From an uncultured Verrucomicrobiota bacterium (lineage in GTDB: Bacteria; Verrucomicrobiota; Verrucomicrobiia; Limisphaerales; VHCN01), in the NCBI GenBank assembly GCA_964589935.1, contig CAZPVD010000008.1, forward strand, positions 48,596 to 112,595: a stretch of 64,000 bases of DNA, written 5' to 3'. Below the pieces are notes generated by a model. The model worked only from the letters and a program-made list of their open reading frames with translations. It was not told the DNA's origin and searched no databases. Below, in pieces: positions 26,792 to 38,900 of the stretch (positions are counted from its first letter, which is position 1; each line of letters starts with the position of its first letter). Position numbers and translations under genes: made by a program.

Positions 26792-26842
26792 ACGAAGAAA
26801 CGAAACTTTTTGCGTGATACGGTTATTCCCTAACAGGTTGCG

Positions 26843-27355
26843 ATGAACAATTCCTGCCAGCAACTTCTCGAAGCCGCCCTCCGGCGTTCCCTCAACGCCG
26901 ACGAAGAGGCGCGGCTGCGAACGCATTTCCTCCTGCACCCGGAAGACCAGGCCGCGTGGGACGAGGAAATGGCGCTGCAACACGCACTGCGCCAGCTCCC
27001 GAACGCGCCGTTGTCCAGCAACTTCACCGCGCAAGTGTTGGCCGCTGTGGATCGCGAGGAACGCAGCATCGAGCCGGTCACCCGTTCTCATGACTGGCTG
27101 GCGTGGCTCCGCGGGTTGCGTTGGACGCAGGCAACCGCGATGGCCGCCGTGATCCTTTGCGTCGGCCTGTTCAGTTATCAGCATGTCCGTTCCCAGTCGC
27201 GCGTCGCGCTCGCGAAAGACCTTCAGGTCGTCTCCTCCGTCGCGAAGCTGCCCAGCGTGGACATGCTCAAGGACTTCGACGCCATCAACAGTCTCAGCCA
27301 GGCGCCGCGTGCGGACCTCGACCTGCTCGCCGCGTTCGCGCCCGAACCGCGTTGA
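26843..27355 (+). CDS. Putative membrane anti-sigma factor
   Basis: Follows the sigma gene; short N-terminal helical domain, LPNAPLSSNFTAQV linker, single TM helix. Confidence 0.72.
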   Translation: MNNSCQQLLEAALRRSLNADEEARLRTHFLLHPEDQAAWDEEMALQHALRQLPNAPLSSNFTAQVLAAVDREERSIEPVTRSHDWLAWLRGLRWTQATAMAAVILCVGLFSYQHVRSQSRVALAKDLQVVSSVAKLPSVDMLKDFDAINSLSQAPRADLDLLAAFAPEPR

Positions 27356-27358
27356 ACC

Positions 27359-28318
27359 ATGCGCGCGTTGCTCGCCATTTTCATCCTGAGTGCGGGCGTG
27401 ATGGTCGCACAAGACCCACCTACTCCCTCGAAGAGTGCGGCCGGCGCGGCCAGCGCGCGGCAGGATACGAATTCGCCGGTTGAATTCTTTCGCAAGCTGC
27501 TCGCGATGAATCCCGCCGAGCGCGAGAAGGCCCTTGCCGAGAAGCCCGAAAAGCGCGCCTACCTCAAGGTGAAGCTCAAGGAATACGACGCGCTCACGCC
27601 CGCCGAGCGCGAGGTGCGCCTCCGCGTCACACAGCTCCGCTACTACCTCACGCCGCTCCTTTCACTGAAACCGGACGAGCGCGCCCCGCACCTCGAACTC
27701 ATTCCAGCCGAGGACCGCAAGTTCATCGAGGAGCGCCTCGCGCAGTGGGACGGCCTCCCCGCCGAGCTTCAGCGCGAAGTCCTCGAAAACGAGTGGCTCA
27801 TCCACACCGTCCTGCGCCTGCAATCCAGCTCGCCCGCGCACCAGAAGGAGCTGCTCGACGCCATGTCGCCCGACCGGCGCGAGCGCCTTGAGCATGATCT
27901 CGCCAAGTGGAGTAGCCTCGCCGCCGACAAGCGCGCCCGGATGCTCGCCAACTTCAACCAGTTCTTCGAGCTGAACGAAAAGGAGAAGTCAAAGATCCTC
28001 AAGACCGTCCCGGGCAGCGAACGTTCCGAGATCGAGAAGACACTGCTCGCCTTCGAGCAGCTCCCGCCCGAGCAGCGCACGCTCTGCATCAACTCGCTCA
28101 AGCGCTTCGCCAGCATGACGCCCGAACAGCAGCTCCAGTTCTTCTCAAACGCCGAGCGCTGGGCGAAACTGTCCGATGTCGAGAAACAACTCCTCCGCCA
28201 GCTCGTCGTGAAGATGCCACCGCTCCCGCCGATGCCCACGGCCTTGCCGCCGATGCCGCCGGGCTTCGGCGAACCGCCCGCGGCACCGTTGCCCGTCCTC
28301 GGCACGACGAACCGCTAG
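27359..28318 (+). CDS. Secreted helical-repeat protein (DUF3106-like)
   Basis: Signal peptide; repeated units like WDGLPAELQ, FEQLPPEQR, FASMTPEQQ; Pro-rich tail. Confidence 0.7.
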   Translation: MRALLAIFILSAGVMVAQDPPTPSKSAAGAASARQDTNSPVEFFRKLLAMNPAEREKALAEKPEKRAYLKVKLKEYDALTPAEREVRLRVTQLRYYLTPLLSLKPDERAPHLELIPAEDRKFIEERLAQWDGLPAELQREVLENEWLIHTVLRLQSSSPAHQKELLDAMSPDRRERLEHDLAKWSSLAADKRARMLANFNQFFELNEKEKSKILKTVPGSERSEIEKTLLAFEQLPPEQRTLCINSLKRFASMTPEQQLQFFSNAERWAKLSDVEKQLLRQLVVKMPPLPPMPTALPPMPPGFGEPPAAPLPVLGTTNR

Positions 28319-28387
28319 CCCGTTTGACGCTCCCGCCTTTGTTTGCCGCTTTGCCTCGTTCCCTCCACGCGCTACGCTGACACCGAC

Positions 28388-29209
28388 GTGCACGAGAACG
28401 CGTTCACAATCGGCTCCCTTGAGATCAAGTGGTATGGCGTCCTCGTCGCGCTCGGCCTGCTCGCGGGCATGTGGACAGCCACGCGCCGCGGGCGCAACGC
28501 GGGACTCGCCCCGGAGGCCGTCGCGGACACCATCTTCTGGCTCATCGCGGGCGGCATTGTCGGCGCGCGGCTCTTCTACGTCGTCACATACTGGCGTGAG
28601 GAGTTTGCGGGCAAACCGCTTTGGAACATCTTCGTCTTTCGCAGCGGCGTGGTGTTCTACGGCGGGCTGATCGGCGCGACACTCGCGGGAATAATTCACC
28701 TGCGGCGGAAGAAACTTCCCGTGTGGAAGTTCGCCGACGTGCTGGCGCCGAGCGTCGCACTCGGACACGTCTTCGGACGCGCCGGGTGCCTGATGACCGG
28801 CTGCTGTTATGGCCGCGTCGCGCAAGGGTTCGCCTGCGCGGTGCGCTTCCCGCCCGGCGCACCGGCGGCGATGCAGCACGAACAGCTCGGTCTTGTGCCG
28901 CCGCACTCGCCTTCCCTGCCCGTCCATCCGACACAGGTGTATGAAGCGCTGCTGAACCTCGCGCTCTACCTCGCGCTGGCGTGGGCATTCCGGCGGCGGA
29001 AGTTCGACGGGCAGGTGTTCGCCATTTACCTCATGGCGTATGCGCCGCTGCGCGCCTTCGTCGAGCATTTCCGCGGCGATTACGCGCCGGCAAAACACTT
29101 CCTCGGCCTCACACCTGGGCAGTTCGTGAGCATCGGCATCTTCTCGGCGGGCGCGGTGTTGTATTGGCGGCTGCGCGCGGCCCCGGCGGCGGCAGACGCA
29201 AAACCGTGA
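28388..29209 (+). CDS. lgt: Prolipoprotein diacylglyceryl transferase
   Basis: IKWYGVL, GARLFYV, GVVFYGG, GRAGCLMTGCCYG, HPTQVYE, FVEHFRGD; GTG start at 28388. Confidence 0.94.
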   Translation: MHENAFTIGSLEIKWYGVLVALGLLAGMWTATRRGRNAGLAPEAVADTIFWLIAGGIVGARLFYVVTYWREEFAGKPLWNIFVFRSGVVFYGGLIGATLAGIIHLRRKKLPVWKFADVLAPSVALGHVFGRAGCLMTGCCYGRVAQGFACAVRFPPGAPAAMQHEQLGLVPPHSPSLPVHPTQVYEALLNLALYLALAWAFRRRKFDGQVFAIYLMAYAPLRAFVEHFRGDYAPAKHFLGLTPGQFVSIGIFSAGAVLYWRLRAAPAAADAKP

Positions 29210-30150
29210 GCGACGAACGCACAGAGACCTTCCACATCAAGCGCACGCTGCCCGGCGAGCGGCTCGACAAACATCTCGCCGAGATTTACCAGGCCGCCTC
29301 GCGCGGCACGCTCCAGCGCCTCATCGAGAACGGCGACATCCTCGTGGACGGCCATGAAGTGAAGCCCACGCACACGCCGCACGCCGGCGAAGTCGTCACC
29401 ATCCACTGGCCGAAACCCGTCGCGGACAAGACGCTGCCCGAGGACATCCCGCTGGACATCCTTTTCGAGGACGAATGCCTGCTCGTCCTGAACAAGCCGC
29501 CCGCCATTGCCACGCACCCCTCCTCCGGCCACGAGACGCACACGCTCGTCAACGCCCTGCTGCACCATTGTCGCGGGCAGTTGAGCGGCATCGCCGGCGT
29601 GGCGCGGCCCGGCATCGTCCACCGGCTCGACCTCGACACGAGCGGCTGCCTCGTCGTGGCGAAGAACGACGAGACGCACCTCGCGCTGTCGGGACAATTC
29701 GCGAAGCGGAACGTCGAGAAGATTTACCACGCCATCGTGTGCGGCGAACTGGTGAACGCCTCCGGCCGCATCGAGGCGCCCATCGCCCGGCATCCGAACC
29801 AGCGCAAGAAGATGGCCGTGCGCGACGAGGGCCGCGAATCCCGCACCAGTTTCCGGCTTCTTCAGAGGCTCAACGAGGCCTCCTTCGTCGAAGTCGAGTT
29901 GCACACGGGCCGCACGCACCAGATACGCGTCCACTTCCAGCACATCGGGCACCCCGTCCTCGGCGACACGACCTACGGCAAGCGCCAGAGCGCGCGCGTG
30001 ACGGAGCTGACCGGCTACACCGCGCCTCGGCAACTGCTCCATTCCCGCTCGCTGCTCTTCACGCATCCGCGCACCGGCCGTGAAGTGGCCTGCCAGGCCC
30101 CGTGGCCGGACGATTTCAGGGACGCCCTGCAAGCGCTGAAGTTGCGCTGA
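29206..30150 (+). CDS. rluD: RluA-family 23S rRNA pseudouridine synthase (RluD-like)
   Basis: N-terminal S4-like domain (RLDKHL), GIVHRLDLDTSG catalytic motif, LHTGRTHQIRVH; GTGA overlap with lgt. Confidence 0.88.
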   Translation: MSDERTETFHIKRTLPGERLDKHLAEIYQAASRGTLQRLIENGDILVDGHEVKPTHTPHAGEVVTIHWPKPVADKTLPEDIPLDILFEDECLLVLNKPPAIATHPSSGHETHTLVNALLHHCRGQLSGIAGVARPGIVHRLDLDTSGCLVVAKNDETHLALSGQFAKRNVEKIYHAIVCGELVNASGRIEAPIARHPNQRKKMAVRDEGRESRTSFRLLQRLNEASFVEVELHTGRTHQIRVHFQHIGHPVLGDTTYGKRQSARVTELTGYTAPRQLLHSRSLLFTHPRTGREVACQAPWPDDFRDALQALKLR

Positions 30151-30164
30151 ACTGGTCAAAACCG

Positions 30165-30196
30165 GTTTTATCAATGGCAGCCTGTGTTTTATCAAT
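30165..30196 (+). promoter_or_regulatory. Direct repeat GTTTTATCAAT x2 at 21-bp spacing (candidate TF site)
   Basis: Identical 11-mers at 30165-30175 and 30186-30196, upstream of the lipoprotein gene. Confidence 0.45.
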
Positions 30197-30232
30197 TCAC
30201 CGGGCGGAGCGCGGCCGTGCTATCGAGCCGGC

Positions 30233-31123
30233 ATGAAAAACGCAAGTTCCACCCACTCCTCAACCCACAAGACAACGACTGCCGCGAGTATTGCCCGCGC
30301 CATCGTCAAGAGCAACCTCGTCCTCCTGCCGTTGCTGGCGGCGGGTTGCGCCACTCAGCGAGCGAACATCATCGCCTATGAATTGTTGCCACCGCCGCTC
30401 CCGGTCGAGCGGCGAGTGAGTCTCGGGACGATCAAGGTGGTTGGCGGCGACACCAAGCCCGTCTTTTGGTTTCGCCGGCCCACCGGATTCGGCGCGACCG
30501 CGGGCGACGGGTTCAAGAGTGGACTGGTGGCAGGCGGGCATATCGCCAACGTAGTCTGGAAGGTCCAACGAAGTGTCTTCGGCGAATACGGTAATCACCC
30601 TTTTTTCCTCGCGGGGGATGTTGGCCTTAGCATGGCAACCAGCGTCGCTCTCGCCCCGGTCGGAGCCGTCGTCAATCTGCCCCAAGCGGTGCCGAAGGGA
30701 GAATCCCGGACCTTCGAGAATATGTTCGCGCGCGTCGAGGCCGACGGCGTCATCCAGGAATCCCTACGCCAGCGGACCTGCCAGATGGCCAGCCAAAAAG
30801 CCGCTCGCGTGTGCGGTCCGACGGCATCCAACGCTGCGTCAGACGAGACGGAAGAAGCCGACACCCTTTTGATCATCCAAGTGCGGGAAGTCAACGTGGC
30901 CGCCCTGGAGGGCTGGGGTTCGCCGCTGATGCTGGTCATCAAGGTGAACGCGCGATTGGTCCGCGTCCGGGATGGGCTTGAGCTATACCGTTGCCCGTTG
31001 GAATATCGCAGCAAATCCGAACGCTTCACCGAATGGTCTGCTCATGATGGCGCAGGGTTCCTGCGGGAGCTGGATCACGCCTGCGAATCCCTGGCGGCAA
31101 AGATTGGCAGGCAGATGTTCTGA
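30233..31123 (+). CDS. Hypothetical lipoprotein
   Basis: LVLLPLLAAGC lipobox; codon usage looks less GC3-biased than neighbours; true start may lie downstream of 30233. Confidence 0.65.
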   Translation: MKNASSTHSSTHKTTTAASIARAIVKSNLVLLPLLAAGCATQRANIIAYELLPPPLPVERRVSLGTIKVVGGDTKPVFWFRRPTGFGATAGDGFKSGLVAGGHIANVVWKVQRSVFGEYGNHPFFLAGDVGLSMATSVALAPVGAVVNLPQAVPKGESRTFENMFARVEADGVIQESLRQRTCQMASQKAARVCGPTASNAASDETEEADTLLIIQVREVNVAALEGWGSPLMLVIKVNARLVRVRDGLELYRCPLEYRSKSERFTEWSAHDGAGFLRELDHACESLAAKIGRQMF

Positions 31124-31160
31124 AGCGCGCGGGGATGCACCTCCATGCGTCTGCCGTTGC

Positions 31161-31195
31161 AAATAATAAGCGGGGCCGGCTTGCGCCGGCCCCGC
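31161..31195 (-). terminator. Rho-independent terminator of groEL
   Basis: 11-bp perfect stem GCGGGGCCGGC / GCCGGCCCCGC with 4-nt loop, followed by TTATTATTT on the minus strand. Confidence 0.85.
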
Positions 31196-31228
31196 GTGAG
31201 GTTCTCGGTTCCTTTTGATTACGGACGA

Positions 31229-32896
<1,668 letters not shown>

Positions 32897-33190
32897 TTAG
32901 CCAATGACGCCGAGGATGTCGTCGGTGTTGAGGATCTTGAGTTCCTTGCCGTCGAGCTTCACATCGGTGCCGCCGTATTTGCTCATGAGGATGCGGTCGC
33001 CAACCTTGACTTCAAACGGCACTTTCTTGCCGTTGTCGTCGGTCTTGCCTGTGCCGAGGGCGACCACTTTGCCCTCCGTGGGTTTTTCTTTGGCGGTGTC
33101 GGGGATGATGATGCCGCCCTTGCGAGTTTCTTTGTCCTCGATGGGCTCCACAAGCACCCGGTCGCCGAGGGGTTTGAGGTTCACTGCCAT
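32897..33190 (-). CDS. groES: Co-chaperonin GroES
   Basis: [31 protein letters not shown]. Confidence 0.98.
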   Translation of the reverse strand: MAVNLKPLGDRVLVEPIEDKETRKGGIIIPDTAKEKPTEGKVVALGTGKTDDNGKKVPFEVKVGDRILMSKYGGTDVKLDGKELKILNTDDILGVIG

Positions 33191-33352
33191 ACTTTTTATC
33201 GTGTTTGTTGTTTCGTTTGTTTGATTGCTTCTGAATCAAATCCCGCCACACCCGCAGCGGGAAAATTGTTTTTCATCTTCTGATCGAAGGCGACGCCTCC
33301 GGCAGCGCGGGCCCGAACCCGCGGGTGAACCGGGGGAGAATCGCCCCTGTCG

Positions 33353-35296
33353 CTACTTGCCTTTTTTCTCGTCCACGACCTCAGCGTCAATGATCGGGAC
33401 TTCTTCGTCTTTCTTGCCCGCCTCGCCGGGACCGGCCTGCCCCGCGCCGGGACGCGTGCCGCCCGCCGCCGTGCTGCTGGTGTTCGACGCGCTGCGATAC
33501 ATTTCGGTCGAGACGGCCTGCCAGACTTCGTTGAGCTTCTCGGTCGCGGAACGGATGCCGGCCGTGTTGTTCGTGTTCATCGCGTCCCTCGCTTCCTTGA
33601 CGGCGGCTTCGATCTTGGACTTGTCGCCGCCGGACATCTTCGCGCCGTATTCCTTCAGGAGTTTCTCGGAGCGATACACGGAGCTGTCGGCCTCGTTGCG
33701 CGCCTCGATCTCTTCCTTGCGGGCCTTGTCCTCCTCAGCGTGCGACTCGGCGTCGCGGCGCATCTTCTCGATCTCATCCTTCGCGAGTCCGCTGCTGGCC
33801 GTGATGGTAATCTTCTGTTCCTTGCCCGTCCCGAGGTCCTTTGCGCCGACATGGAGAATGCCGTTGGCATCAATGTCGAACGTCACCTCGATCTGCGGGA
33901 CACCGCGAGGCGCGGGAGGAATGTCAATCAACTGGAATTTGCCGATGGTCTTGTTGTCGCGCGCGAACGGCCGCTCGCCCTGCAACACGTGAATCTCGAC
34001 GCCGGGCTGGTTGTCGCTCGCGGTGGAGAAGATTTCCGACTTGCGCGTCGGGATGGTCGTGTTGCGCTCGATGAGGCGTGTGAACACGCCGCCGAGCGTC
34101 TCGATGCCGAGCGAAAGCGGCGTCACGTCGAGCAACAGGACATCTTTTACATCGCCCTTGAGCACGCCGCCCTGGATGCCGGCACCCACCGCGACGACTT
34201 CGTCGGGGTTCACGCCCTGATGCGGCGGCTTGTTGACGAGCGAGCGCGCGGTTTCGACCACGCGGGGCATGCGGGTCATGCCGCCGACGAGGACGAGTTC
34301 GTCAATGTTTGCAGCCTGCACGCCTGCGTCATGCAGGCAGTTCTTCACCGGCGTGATGGTGCGCTCAAAAAGTTCGTCGCAGAGCTGCTCCATTTTCGCG
34401 CGGGTGAGCTTCATGCTGATGTGCTTCGGGCCGGAAGCGTCCGCGGTGATGAACGGCAGACTGATCTCGTATTGCTGCGCGCTGGACAGGGCGATCTTGC
34501 CTTTCTCGGCCTCCTCCTTGATGCGCTGTAACGCGTCGGGCTGCTTGCGCAGGTCAAGGCCGTGCTCTCGGCGGAACTCCTCGAGAATCCAGTCCATGAC
34601 GCGGTTGTCCCAGTCGTCACCACCAAGGTGCGTGTCGCCGTTCGTGGCCTTCACCTCGAAGACGCCGTCACCGATTTCCAAAACTGAAATGTCGAACGTG
34701 CCACCGCCGAGGTCATACACGGCGATCTTCTCGTCCTTCTTCTTGTCGAGGCCGTAGGCGAGCGACGCGGCGGTCGGCTCGTTGATGATGCGGAGGACTT
34801 CGAGGCCCGCGATGCGGCCAGCGTCCTTCGTCGCCTGGCGCTGCGAGTCGTTGAAGTAAGCCGGCACGGTGATGACGGCCTGCGTGACCTTCTCGCCGAG
34901 GCGCGTCTCGGCGTCGGCCTTGAGCTTGGCGAGAATCATCGCGGAAACTTCCGGCGGGCTGAACTGCTTGGGCTTGCCCTCGACTTCGACCTCGACCCAC
35001 GCGTCACCGTTGGACGCCTTCACGACCTTGTAGGGCACGCGCTTGATTTCCTCCTGCACCTCTTCAAATTTCCGGCCCATGAAGCGCTTGATGGAATAGA
35101 CCGTGTTGCGCGCGTTGGTGACGGCCTGCCGTTTGGCGGCCTCGCCGACGAGCCGCTCGCCCGCCTTCGTGAACGCCACGACCGACGGCGTCGTGCGCTT
35201 GCCTTCGGAGTTTTCCAACACCACCGGCTCGCCGCCCTCCATCACGGCCATGCAGGAGTTCGTGGTGCCGAGGTCAATGCCGAGAACTTTTGCCAT
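33353..35296 (-). CDS. dnaK: Chaperone DnaK (Hsp70)
   Basis: [40 protein letters not shown]. Confidence 0.98.
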   Translation of the reverse strand: MAKVLGIDLGTTNSCMAVMEGGEPVVLENSEGKRTTPSVVAFTKAGERLVGEAAKRQAVTNARNTVYSIKRFMGRKFEEVQEEIKRVPYKVVKASNGDAWVEVEVEGKPKQFSPPEVSAMILAKLKADAETRLGEKVTQAVITVPAYFNDSQRQATKDAGRIAGLEVLRIINEPTAASLAYGLDKKKDEKIAVYDLGGGTFDISVLEIGDGVFEVKATNGDTHLGGDDWDNRVMDWILEEFRREHGLDLRKQPDALQRIKEEAEKGKIALSSAQQYEISLPFITADASGPKHISMKLTRAKMEQLCDELFERTITPVKNCLHDAGVQAANIDELVLVGGMTRMPRVVETARSLVNKPPHQGVNPDEVVAVGAGIQGGVLKGDVKDVLLLDVTPLSLGIETLGGVFTRLIERNTTIPTRKSEIFSTASDNQPGVEIHVLQGERPFARDNKTIGKFQLIDIPPAPRGVPQIEVTFDIDANGILHVGAKDLGTGKEQKITITASSGLAKDEIEKMRRDAESHAEEDKARKEEIEARNEADSSVYRSEKLLKEYGAKMSGGDKSKIEAAVKEARDAMNTNNTAGIRSATEKLNEVWQAVSTEMYRSASNTSSTAAGGTRPGAGQAGPGEAGKKDEEVPIIDAEVVDEKKGK

Positions 35297-35343
35297 AAAA
35301 TCGTTGGTTGATGGTTGCGCGCTGCCCGAATGTCCACTTCCTT

Positions 35344-35359
35344 AGCAAGCCCGCTGCCA
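35344..35359 (-). promoter_or_regulatory. sigma54 (-24/-12) promoter upstream of dnaK
   Basis: Minus strand TGGCAGCGGGCTTGCT = GG-N10-GC with TGGCA and TTGCT flanks; about 47 nt upstream of the dnaK ATG. Confidence 0.72.
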
Positions 35360-35476
35360 GAGTTTGAATTTACCGAAATCCCTTGGAATTCACTGAAAAA
35401 TGCCGCTTCCTGTGAAACGCCGGACATCCGGTGTGGTCAGGATTCGCGCCACTGTGTCACGAATGCCGACGCCCTG

Positions 35477-35911
35477 TCACACTCCGCGCCCACTTGCGGC
35501 CTCGCGAACAAACGGCGCCAGACGCGCGGCCAGTTCCGTGGGAACGCGCTGCGGCTTTTCGTCAAGCCCGGTGCAGGCGTGCAATGTTTCGCCCTCGATC
35601 ACGAGTTCGCCGTCCGCCTTTGTGACGCAATACCCAAAACCAATCCGCACACGGCCCAGTTCCGTCAGCCACACTTCCACGTCGAGCACATCGTCATAGC
35701 GCGCCGCCGAACGATACCGCACGCGACACTCGACCACCGGGAAGATTACGCCGCGCTCCTGCCACTCAACGAACGTGACGCCAAGCGATCGGAAGAACTC
35801 GCCGCGCGCCGCTTCGAGCACGTCGAGATAGCGCGCATAATAAACGTGGTTGCCGACCGTGCACTCCGAGTAAGTGACACGATGACGGTGATGAAAAGTT
35901 TGCGGGGCCAT
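35477..35911 (-). CDS. Acyl-CoA thioesterase (YbgC/FadM hot-dog family)
   Basis: RVTYSECTVGNHVYYARYLDVLEAARGEFF, YRSAARYDD. Confidence 0.85.
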   Translation of the reverse strand: MAPQTFHHRHRVTYSECTVGNHVYYARYLDVLEAARGEFFRSLGVTFVEWQERGVIFPVVECRVRYRSAARYDDVLDVEVWLTELGRVRIGFGYCVTKADGELVIEGETLHACTGLDEKPQRVPTELAARLAPFVREAASGRGV

Positions 35912-35972
35912 GTCCGCGAGACAAGTTGACCGAAACCCCGCGGCAAAGTCGAGGACGCGCGTTGCGAATCCC

Positions 35973-38900
35973 CTACTTCTTCTTCGCGCCCTTTTTGTCG
36001 GGCTTTGCCATTACAGGCAGCGGGGCCTGCGTGATGGCGGACGCGCCCTCGACTTTTGGCGGCTCAAACGCGGCGAGGAGGTTGCCGTTCGCGCCGTTCC
36101 AGATGCGCAGCACGCTGTCCTGCCCGCCCGCCACGACGAGCTTGCCGTCGGGCTTCACCGCGGCGGAATAAACGAAGTCGGATGAACCGCTGAAGTTGCG
36201 CACGTCGCTGCCGTTCTCGTTCACGAGGCGCACGCGCGCGTCGCCGGAGGTGGCGACGAACTGGTCCGTCGTGCCGACGTAGCAGAGCGAGGTGACCTCC
36301 TTCTGCGAGCCGCCGATGGTCTTCTTGCCTTCGCCGGTTTCGAGGCTCCAAATCTTGATGTTGTTGTCCGCGCCGGCGCTCGCAATCGTGCGGCCCTCGC
36401 GGCGGAAGCTCACGCCGAGCACCTGATGCGTGTGGCCCTCGAATGACTTCACCAGTTTGCCTTCCGCGATGTCCCAGACCTTCACGAATTTGTCCGCCGC
36501 GCCGGACACGAGCCGTTTGCCGTCGGGCGAGAAGTCCACGCCGAGGACGGTGTCGCTGTGGGCATTCTTGATTTCGGTCATAAGCGAGCCGTCGGCGACG
36601 TTCCAGATTTTCAACTGCCCGCTGCGCGACGGGTCACCAGAGCCGGTCGCAAGCAATTTCCCGTCGGGGCTGAAGTCGAGCGAGTTCACGCGCCCGCTCA
36701 ACGGCGAGCCGGCCTCGCCAGTGCCGATGACGCGCTCAAGCGTCCACGCCGGGTTCAAGTCCCACAGCACGGCGCTTTTGTCCGCCGAGCCGCTCGCCAG
36801 AACAGCCGCCCGCGTGAAGGCCAGCGAAGCCACTGAACCGCCGTGTCCCTTGAGCACCTCTACAGGCGCGCCCGTCTCGGCGCTCCATGTGTGAACCAGT
36901 CCGTCCTCGCCTGCTGTCGCCACCGTGCGGTTGTCGGGCGAGAACGCGATGGCGCGAATCGCCTTCTCGGTTTCGGTCGCGGCCTTCTTTGCCGCCGCGG
37001 CCTCCGCGTCCGCTTTCTTTTGCGTTTCTTCCGCTGACGCAAGCTCGCCCTTTGCGGCGGCGGTGGCGTCCGCGGTCTTCTTGGCCGCGGTTTGCGCGAG
37101 CTGCAAATTTTCCTCGGCGGTCGTGAACTTCTTCACTTCTTTCTCCGCATCGGTGAATGTCTTGGCGAGCGGTGTGAGCTTGTCGTTTGATTCCTTGAGC
37201 TTCGCGCTGGCGTCGGTGAACACCTTGTCGAGGTTCGTCTTCGACTCGTTCGCAGCCTTGATCTTTGCCGTCAGGTCGGCGACGGCTTTCTCGGCCTCCG
37301 CGAGCGATTTCTGCGCGGCTTCCTTGTCCTTTGCCTTCGCTTTTTTGTCCGCTGCGATTTTTTCGACTTCGGACTTCGCCATCGCGACCTTGTTCGTGGC
37401 GGCCTTCGTGTCCGCATCGGCGCTCGCGAGAATCTTGTCGTTTGCGTCCTTCGCCTCTTTTGCCTTTGCTTCAGCGGCCTTTGCTGTTTCGACTTCCTTC
37501 TCGACCGGGTCTTTCTTCGCCTTGGCCTCGTCGAGCGCCTTTTTCTTTTCGGGCAACGTTTTCTCCAGCGCGGCTTTTTCGTCCGTGGCCTTCTTCACGG
37601 CGTCGTCGCGCTGTTTCTGGTTGTCCTCCGCCGTCTTGAGGTTGCCCTTGCGATACGTGACCTCGCCCGCGGCGAACGCGGCGTCCGCTTCGCGCGCGGC
37701 CTGCGCCTCCTGCGCGTAACGGTCGCCCTTGAGGTCGGCAATCAGTTTGCCGTCCGCGGCGTTCCACAGTTTCGCCACGCTGTTCGTCAGGCCTGCGGAG
37801 GCGAACGTCTTGCCATCCGCGCGCGATGCGACCGCGACAACAGGCCCGCCCTGCGACATCGAGCGAATCGCCGTGCCTTTCTCCAAATCCCACAGCGTCA
37901 CGTTGCCATCGGCGCTGCCGGAGAGAAGCTGCGCGCCGTTCGTGCCGACGGTGTCGAGCGCGGTGACGGCCTTGGTGTGGCCCTTGAGTTCCTTCACGGC
38001 TTCGAGCTTGCCGCCCGCGGCGTCGGGAAGTTTCAGCACGCGAATCAAATTGTCCGCGCAGCCTGCGGCGACCTGCTTCGCGTCCGCGGCCCATGTGACG
38101 GCGTTGACCTCGGCGGGCAGCTCGGCCTCGGCGAAGACCGCGCCGTCGGCGACGTTCCACACGCGCACGAACTTGTCCGTCGAACCGGAGATGAGCTTCG
38201 CAGAATCGGGCGTGAACTTGAGGCTCGTGACCGGCGCGGAATGCTTCGCGAGCGTCTTCGCAACTTTGCCGCTGACGAGGTTCCAGAGCTTGATGCTGTT
38301 GTCGTCGCCCGCGCTCGCGAGCCACTGGCCGTCAGGGCTGGCGGCAACGACGCTGAAGGATTTCTCCGCCGCGCCGGCGAGTTTCTCCTTCTGCACGTTC
38401 ACCGGACGCCGCCACAATTTCACCTGCCGGTAATCGCCGGACGCGAGCAGCGTGCCGTCGGGACTGAACGCGAGCGAATGCACCATGTCACGGTGCGCGA
38501 CGCTGCCCTTGCCGGGAATCTTCGCCATCGCCGGGTCCACGAGGCGCGTGACGAGGTTGGACGACGGAACGTGATAGATGAAAATCTGGTCCGCGCGGCC
38601 CGCGGCGGCGAACTGCCCGTCACTGGTGAGCGCCACCGAATAAATCGGGTTCAAGCCCGGCGGCAACGGCTGCCACGCGATCGGGCCGGCGCCCTTGACC
38701 TCGCCCTTCGCGCCCTCGTCAATCCACAGCGCGATGAGGCCAAGTTCCTCGGAGGTGAGATTCGCTGCGCCGACCTTGTTTTTCGGCGGCGGCATGTAGG
38801 GCTTCTTCTGCTGCGACGCGAGCTTGATGAGGAGGCTGTCGGCGGACTTCCTCGCCTTCGCAGCGGGGCCGGAATCACCGCCGCGCAGGATGTCCTTTGG

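Noticed and set aside
26792-26842. Internal ECF promoter between the third sigma and its anti-sigma (GAAACTTTTT...CGGTT)
   Set aside because: Spacing does not fit the AAC-N16/17-CGT pattern; not supportable without TSS data.
33191-35476. CIRCE/HrcA operator before dnaK or groES
   Set aside because: The TTAGCA at 35342 is not followed by the CIRCE second half; it is the -12 element of the sigma54 motif on the other strand.
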